From Macrostomum lignano (lineage: Eukaryota): 64,000 nucleotides of DNA. Each line of letters opens with the position of its first letter. Position 1 is the stretch's first letter. Under the pieces are notes generated by a model. The model had not been told where the DNA came from. It saw only the letters and a program-made list of their open reading frames with translations, and ran no database searches. Shown piece after piece: positions 57,587-64,000 of the stretch. The DNA lies in assembly GCA_002269645.1 (NCBI GenBank), contig NIVC01000129.1:852950-916949 (forward strand). Direction: 5' to 3'. Position numbers and translations under genes: made by a program.

Positions 57587-60548
57587 GAACTATGCAATTT
57601 ATTAATCATATACAAAACAATATCTCCTTGTTGCATTTTATGATTTTGGATGACTTAATAAATAACAAATGGTAGATAGTTTTCTTAGAAAGCTTAATTC
57701 AAATTCCTGTCAAATTTGTTTTTACTATATTCATTTTCATTCTATGTGTGATTATTATCTTACTAGTAACTATTGTGCATTTGTACTTTTTTAATATAAA
57801 TTTGACACATTTTGTTTTTAAGGCTTATCCTTGTTTGTTTTAACTAATTAATGCTTTTGTTATGCCATAAAGTTGGCATAAAGAAACTCAAGGTTTATTT
57901 TAACAAGCAAGTAGCCTATTTAATAATGACACAAGCAGGGGCTAAGAGAATACCAAAATAGAGTCACATAATGACAGTTAACTATATACAAGTTTGTAGA
58001 AGCTTAGGGGATGGCCAATCAGAGCAAAGGGAGAGAAAAAAATGGTGACTGGTATGTAGCGCTCCAGAACTATAGCTTATTTCTTATTCTATTTTTTCTT
58101 TTTTGACCATTTGTGTTTTTTCTTTTATATCAATTTTTTAATTTTCTATTTTTTATCTTAAGCATCCCTGTTTAAATTTTTAGTTCATTGTTGATTAGGC
58201 TAATTTTGAAATATACTCCTTAGCTACCCTGTCACCTAGGGCCTAACTAAAACCGCTAAGCTTGCCAGGTGTCACACATAAATAGGTCCCTAGGCCTAGG
58301 TAAAAAGATGCTAAATATGCACTTGAAGAATACATTTAGATACTGATACATAAGATATATATAATTTAGGGCTTATGTATAGAGTATACAAATTTATTAT
58401 AAGTAATATTATTATAAAATATTTTTTATATATTTCTAGTTAGGTACTTGCAATGTGGGGTTATATCTAATCTATGTCTACAACTATGTAGTGCATACAA
58501 TAGGCCCTATTAACTAAACCATATAGGCCTATATATATCTTGCTTGTCTCAAACTTTGATTTAAAAAGATCAGATTTTTAGCTAAGGGCAAGAAACAAAA
58601 TAAAAAGTTATTAGTAGTTACCTGTCCTGTCCTGTCCTAGGTAAGGCTTATAATATTATAAAATATTAGGCCTAGGCCTAGTAGGCCTAACTACACAATA
58701 CAATAGACTTAAGAGTATACTATGCTATGGGTATAGTTACTTACAAAAGTACTAGTATTATGACAATTGACAAATATTATACGCTAGGCTTATTCCTAAT
58801 CTTATACCCACAATTATGGCATTCTTTCGTCCAGCAATTCCCTATGTTATATACTCAGTTTCGTTTTAAAATCCCATTAAAATGAGTGAAAAGGTGACAT
58901 AGTTTATCAGACAAAAGATGTCATAGTATTTGTATTTTGTTCAATGTTTTATTTCAAAATCCACATCGGGCCACACAGACATCGGGTAGGTCTCAATTTG
59001 ATAAAAGAAACCAGAATCAACCAAACCGAAGAATAAAATTTCTATGATAACTATGTTAGGCCTAGGGTTCCAGTTAGAACAACAATCAACTCGATAACAT
59101 TTAGTAGGCCTAGTATAGTATGAGGTAAGGTAAGCCTAGCCTAAATAGGTTAGGAAATGACACTAGAGGGGTAAATGTACAGAACTTATGAAAGACCACC
59201 ATTGATTGACTATCAACACTGCGACTTGCGCCATGCCAACTACGCATACGACAGATACATATGTACACCGTACACGTTCACGTAGAGCGCAGTGCAGACT
59301 GATTATTATACTAGGGCTGCTTCGATGATGAGTAAAAAGATTTGTTTCAAATTTAAATCCTCAATATGACGCCTGTCCAATCAATATAACTATTTATATT
59401 AATGCTGGTGCATGCATTTTTATATTCAAATGAAGTTGTGGTAAAAATGAAAGTATTGTACGGTTTTTACTTAAGTAGAAAAATGTTATAATCGGTACCT
59501 AAATTTTGATTGTTTAAAAATTCTTAGGACCGTTTCATTTCATATGAATTATGAATTCATATTAAATTCTAAAACGGGCTTGATCAAACTGTACTATGCT
59601 GAAAATTGAAGGCAATCAACAGTTATAAATTATATCTATAGTCCCTAAGACTTATCTATATAAATATTTATGCATATCAATATATACAGCATGTACGAAC
59701 TAGTGGATTCTCAAATAAAAAATAAGCGTGCAAGTCATGGACGTAATACTGTTTTGACATATAAGTCATACTCATATGGTTTCATTAAGGAAAGTGAAAA
59801 CCGCATTGTTTTTTATTTTGCACGTGACGCCAATCGACACATCTTTACATGGATTATATTACGACTTTTAAACAAGGACTACACAAGTTATAGGACGCTG
59901 CATATTTTAATCGTGCAAATAAATTCAGTTTTTTATTTTAAGCTTGTGGATCAACTAGGGCCATAAGACACTACTAGCTGTGTATTGAATAACATTTATT
60001 GACAATTTTTACATAGATGTTAATTATTAGTATAGTAGAGGTCTAGAATAAATTGAAAATTTTGCGTAATAACAAACGCGTCACAATAAAAGAGCACATT
60101 AATGAAGCTTTATTCAATATTAGCGAGAAAAACCAAATAACAACACGGATGGAGCTTTACCTGACAGAGACTGTTGACAGAGACTGCTGAGCGTAAAACA
60201 AAGGAAAAAAATTCTGAAGACCTGATTTTAATTCAGCCAAGATGTATTGCCATCGAAAAGCCAAGTATTTCGATGGCTTTGGAAAAGTATTTGTGATTTC
60301 TTGTCTATTTGAACTTCCAATGAACGTCCTCTTAACTTAAAGGTCCTTTCTGTGATTCTGTGAGCTCAGCGGGTGACTTCACAAATCCCCAAAGTTCAAA
60401 TTCGCAAAGTCTCATTTTGACTACGTAGATAGATAAACAATGGGTAAGTACGAGCGTAAACAGACAGACAGACACTCCGCTCCCCAATTAAACGTGTCAG
60501 CACACAGCAACCCTTAGTCGGGCAGCAAAGCAGGTGTCTATAAATAAA

Positions 60549-63288
60549 TCATCGCTTGGCGAAGCCGCCCATTCTGGCCGGGTCCTGGCTGGGGTAGCTG
60601 CTGCTGCCACCGCCGCTCGATGACAGCCCTGGCAGCAGGCTGGGAACACCTGGCGGTAGTGGCTCAGTTGAAGCCGCACTACCCGATGCTGAAGCTTTCG
60701 AAGTCGAAGCCGCAGCCGCGGACGATGACTCCGACGACGGTCCAGCCTCCAGAGCGGCCAGCGCGGCCTCCTCTCGCTGCTGTTGAATAGTGGCGTATTT
60801 AGTCATGAGCTTGTTAGCCACGGGATCGTTTGTGCCGTGGTAGCGATCGCGGATGTTCTGCTCGGACAGCGGGTCGTCGGGATCTGTTGGGCGCTCGTGC
60901 CTGTGGGATGGACAGGTGAAAGCTTTTCAGTTTTTCAACACTCATGTCGTTCGTTACCTGGTGAATGGAACTTTTAGTGAATGGGCACAGGTGAGTAGCA
61001 CAGGGGAACAGGTGGGTAGCATTGGGGGCACAGATGAGTAGCATAGGGGGCACAGGTGAGTAGCATAGGGGGCACAGGTGAGTAGCACAGGGGCACAGGT
61101 GAGTAGCACAGGTGAGTAGCACAGGGGAACAGGTAGGTAGCACAGGGGGCACAGGTGAGTAGCACAGGTGCACAGGTGAGTAGCACAGGGGCACATGTGA
61201 GTAGCACAGGAAAACAGGTGAGTAGCACAGGGGCACAGGTGAGTGGCACAGGGGCACAGGTGAGTAGCACAGGGGAACAGGTGAGTAGCACAGGAGCACA
61301 TGTGAGTGGCACAGGGGCACAGGTGAGTAGCACAGGGGCACAGGTGAGTAGCACAGGGCGCACAGGTGAGTAGCACAGGGGCACATGTGAGTGGCACAGG
61401 GGCACAGGTCAGTGGCACAGGGGTACAATCCAACCGCTCACCTATACGGACACTCCTCGCCGCGTCTGCATTCGCCTTTAACGTAGAAGCTGCAAATATG
61501 CGGCCGGTTCCGCTTATAATATGGCGTAGTTCTGGCCAGCCGGTGCAGCATCTCCGAGGATGGCGCCGGAGCCTTACCGCCGCCGCCGCTGCCGCCTGCT
61601 AGGGCTGCCAGCGCGCCGCTGCCACCAACGCCGCTGCCGCCACCCCGCCGCCGGCCGTCAGAGCGCCGGCAGTCAGAGCCTGGTTCTGTGTTCAGGTTGT
61701 TATGTATCTTTTTGGAGTATATTTGTTTTTATTTTTAATAAATAATAAATTGCTTTACACGGTGTGGGTGAGTGAGTAATTGAGTAAGTGAGTGAGCGAG
61801 TAAGTGAGTAATTGAATGAGTGATAAAGTAAGTGAGTAAGTGAGTGACTGATTGAGTGAGTGATTAAGTGATTGAGTGAGTGATTGAGTGAGTGATTAAG
61901 TGATTGAGTGAGTGATTGAGTGAGTGAGTGACTGATTGAGTGATTGAGTGATTGAGTGATTGAGTGAGTGAGTGATTGAGTGATTGAGTGATTGAGTGAG
62001 TGAGTGAGTGATGGAGTGAGTGTGTGAGTGAGTGATTAAGTAAGTGATTGAGTAAGTGATTGAGTGATTGAGTAAGTGAGTGTCAGTGAGTGAGTGAGTG
62101 ATGAGTGATTAAGTAAGCGATTGAGTGACTGAGTGAGTGATTGAGTAAGTGAGGGAGTATCGATGTGAATAACTATGAGAAAGTGAAGGAGGGTGTGAAT
62201 AACTATGAGCAAGTGAAGGAGAGTGTGAATAACTATGAGCAAGTGAAGGAGGGTGTGAATAACTATGAGCAAGTGAAGGAGGGTGTGAATAACTATGAGC
62301 AAGTGAAGGAGGGTGTGAATAACTATGAGCAAGTGAAAGAGGGTGTGAATAACTAATGAGCAAGTGAAGGAGGGTGTGAATAACTATGAGCAAGTGAAGG
62401 AGGGTGTGAATAACTATGAGCAAAGGAAGGAGGGTGTGAATAACTATGAGCAAGTGAAGGAGGGTGTGAATGCCTATGAGAAAGTGAAGGAGGGTGTGAA
62501 TAACTATGAGCAAGTGAAGGAGGGTGTGAATAACTATGAGCAAGTGAAGGAGGGTGTGAATAACTATGAGCAAGTGAAGGAGGGTGTGAATAACTATGAG
62601 CAAGTGAAGGAGGGTGCGAATAACTATGAGCAAGTGAAGGAGGGTGTGAATGCCTATGAGCAAGTGAAGGAGGGTGTGAATAACTATGAGCAAGTGAAGG
62701 AGGGTGTGAATAACTATGAGCAAGTGAAGGAGGGTGTGAATAACTATGAGCAAGTGAAGGAGGGTGTGACTGCCTAGATTGGTGAGTATACGACTGGTTA
62801 AATGACGTGATAGCATCAAAAACAAGCATTGCACTCATTGCATAATTTATGAATAAATTAAAATACAGTGCAATGTACACAGTTCTCACCTGCCATGGCA
62901 CAGTTGGGTCGTCAGCCAGCACTCGTTCAACCTGCTGCATATAATACTCGCGCCCCACATCGGATTTAGGCAGTTTCTCGTTAATCTTAAGCGCTTTATC
63001 CGAACCTCAACTGGCAGTCCATACTGCAGGTCCAGAATGCAGGTCTGGCAGACATTTTTAATCTTAGCGCAGGTCTGACAGACTTCTGTCTTTTTAAACC
63101 GCGACTTTGGCCCGGGACACCAGCGGAACACGGTGAATGGCCTGGTGCAAATCTTGCACTCTTTACCATAGCGCTCCTTCATCATTCTTAAGTAGGGATT
63201 TTCTCCCAGACAAGTCTGGCACAGGATGGGAAACTCCGCATCCTCCAGTTCTGTCGATTGTAAGTGTTGGTGCCTTGGAGTGAGCCAT
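60549..63288 (-). CDS. RBM22: Pre-mRNA splicing factor RBM22/Slt11-like protein lacking the RRM
   Basis: Exons 63288-62890 ([45 protein letters not shown]), 61685-61442 ([27 protein letters not shown] finger) and 60900-60549 ([30 protein letters not shown]). Needs four single-G restorations, giving 999 nt and 332 aa. Confidence 0.9.
60985..61420. repeat. ~21 bp minisatellite GCACAGGTGAGTAGCACAGGG in RBM22 intron 2
   Basis: About 20 units, most containing CAGGTGAGT on the + strand. Confidence 0.95.
61760..62770. repeat. (GAGT/GATT)n tract followed by 30 bp minisatellite GTGAATAACTATGAGCAAGTGAAGGAGGGT
   Basis: RBM22 intron 1; explains the [10 protein letters not shown] / [10 protein letters not shown] ORFs. 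Confidence 0.95.
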
Positions 63289-64000
63289 GCCAGCTGCGCA
63301 AAGGGGATTTTTGGATGGCTTGGCTGAGTATTTTAATAATAATAATAATAATTTGCCCATAAACCGATTCAAGCTAGATTTTTTGGCCTATTTTTATGGC
63401 ATATCAGCATACATGCATAGTTTGGATTGTGTATTAGTGTACATTGGGTGCAGTGCAGTGAAAGAAAAAGTACATGACCAATTTGTATACCAGGGCCTAA
63501 AAATGTTTTTAACTTTGTAAACCAAAGTTGTACACTTTTTCATTCTTGAATTTATTAATAATGCAGAGTAACAAACTTAAAAAATTTACCATTTTTCAAC
63601 ATGCACTGAGAAGAGAATTATAAAGGAAGTACTTTAAATACTTTTATTGAAAAACTGAGATTGAGATAGAAATTAAAAAATTGAGAAATATATGTTTTTT
63701 AAGTACAATGTTCAAATTGCTTTTTAATTAATTTTTTTCTTTGTTCTGTGAATCCATATTGATTGTGTTGTATACAGGCATATAACAAGGGTCTTACCAT
63801 TTTTTCAGCATATATCAGGGTATATCCCATCCAGGCTTCCAGCATACATGACACAGTGGATACATTGTGTATTGTATTGTTTGTGTTTGTATTGCGTGCA
63901 CAAACCAGCATACAAACAAGGTCTTGTCATTTTTCTGGCATTAAACCTGCTATACACTAATACACAATCCAAACTATGGGTTGTATATAATATATTTTAT

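Noticed and set aside
60249-60277. 10 bp stem hairpin in the RBM22 3' flank
   Set aside because: A single short hairpin with no recognisable family motif; insufficient support.
62165-62777. [10 protein letters not shown] decapeptide-repeat ORFs that look like a repetitive antigen
   Set aside because: They come from a 30 bp intronic minisatellite antisense to RBM22, are broken by a stop and frameshift at ~62355, and have no signal peptide or splice support.

Overview
Eukaryotic (metazoan) genomic DNA. It has GC-rich exons and spliceosomal GT-AG introns that are almost all filled with their own micro- or minisatellite. This style resembles a free-living flatworm such as Macrostomum, but that is an inference only. 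Most long ORFs in the supplied track are artefacts of these repeats. Gene models built by hand: (1) the 3' end of an unknown gene at 1-242; (2) a tetraspanin with an unusually long basic C-terminal tail (2278-6666, +); (3, 4) two intact tandem paralogues of a secreted signal peptide-CUB-9xLDLa protein (7813-13368 and 34971-43443, +); (5) ABHD16A (56412-46011, -), which as assembled lacks a core hydrolase segment and carries (6) a very divergent class A GPCR-like gene nested antisense in one intron (48362-52131, +); (7) RBM22/Slt11 (63288-60549, -), which has the zinc fingers and conserved C-terminal motif but no RRM. The two CUB-LDLa copies are separated by a ~17 kb transposon nest. The nest holds a TA-TSD TIR element, MITEs, a THAP/P-like transposase relic, a Crypton-like tyrosine recombinase fragment, a full-length Ingi-like LINE with an HDV-like ribozyme fold at its 5' end, a complete Mag-type Gypsy LTR element and a Tc1 relic. 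Intron 9 of the second CUB-LDLa copy is expanded by a head-to-tail chain of Helitron-like elements. Four single-G deletions in G-runs of the conserved RBM22 CDS point to uncorrected long-read indel errors, so frameshifts elsewhere in the window must be read with caution.
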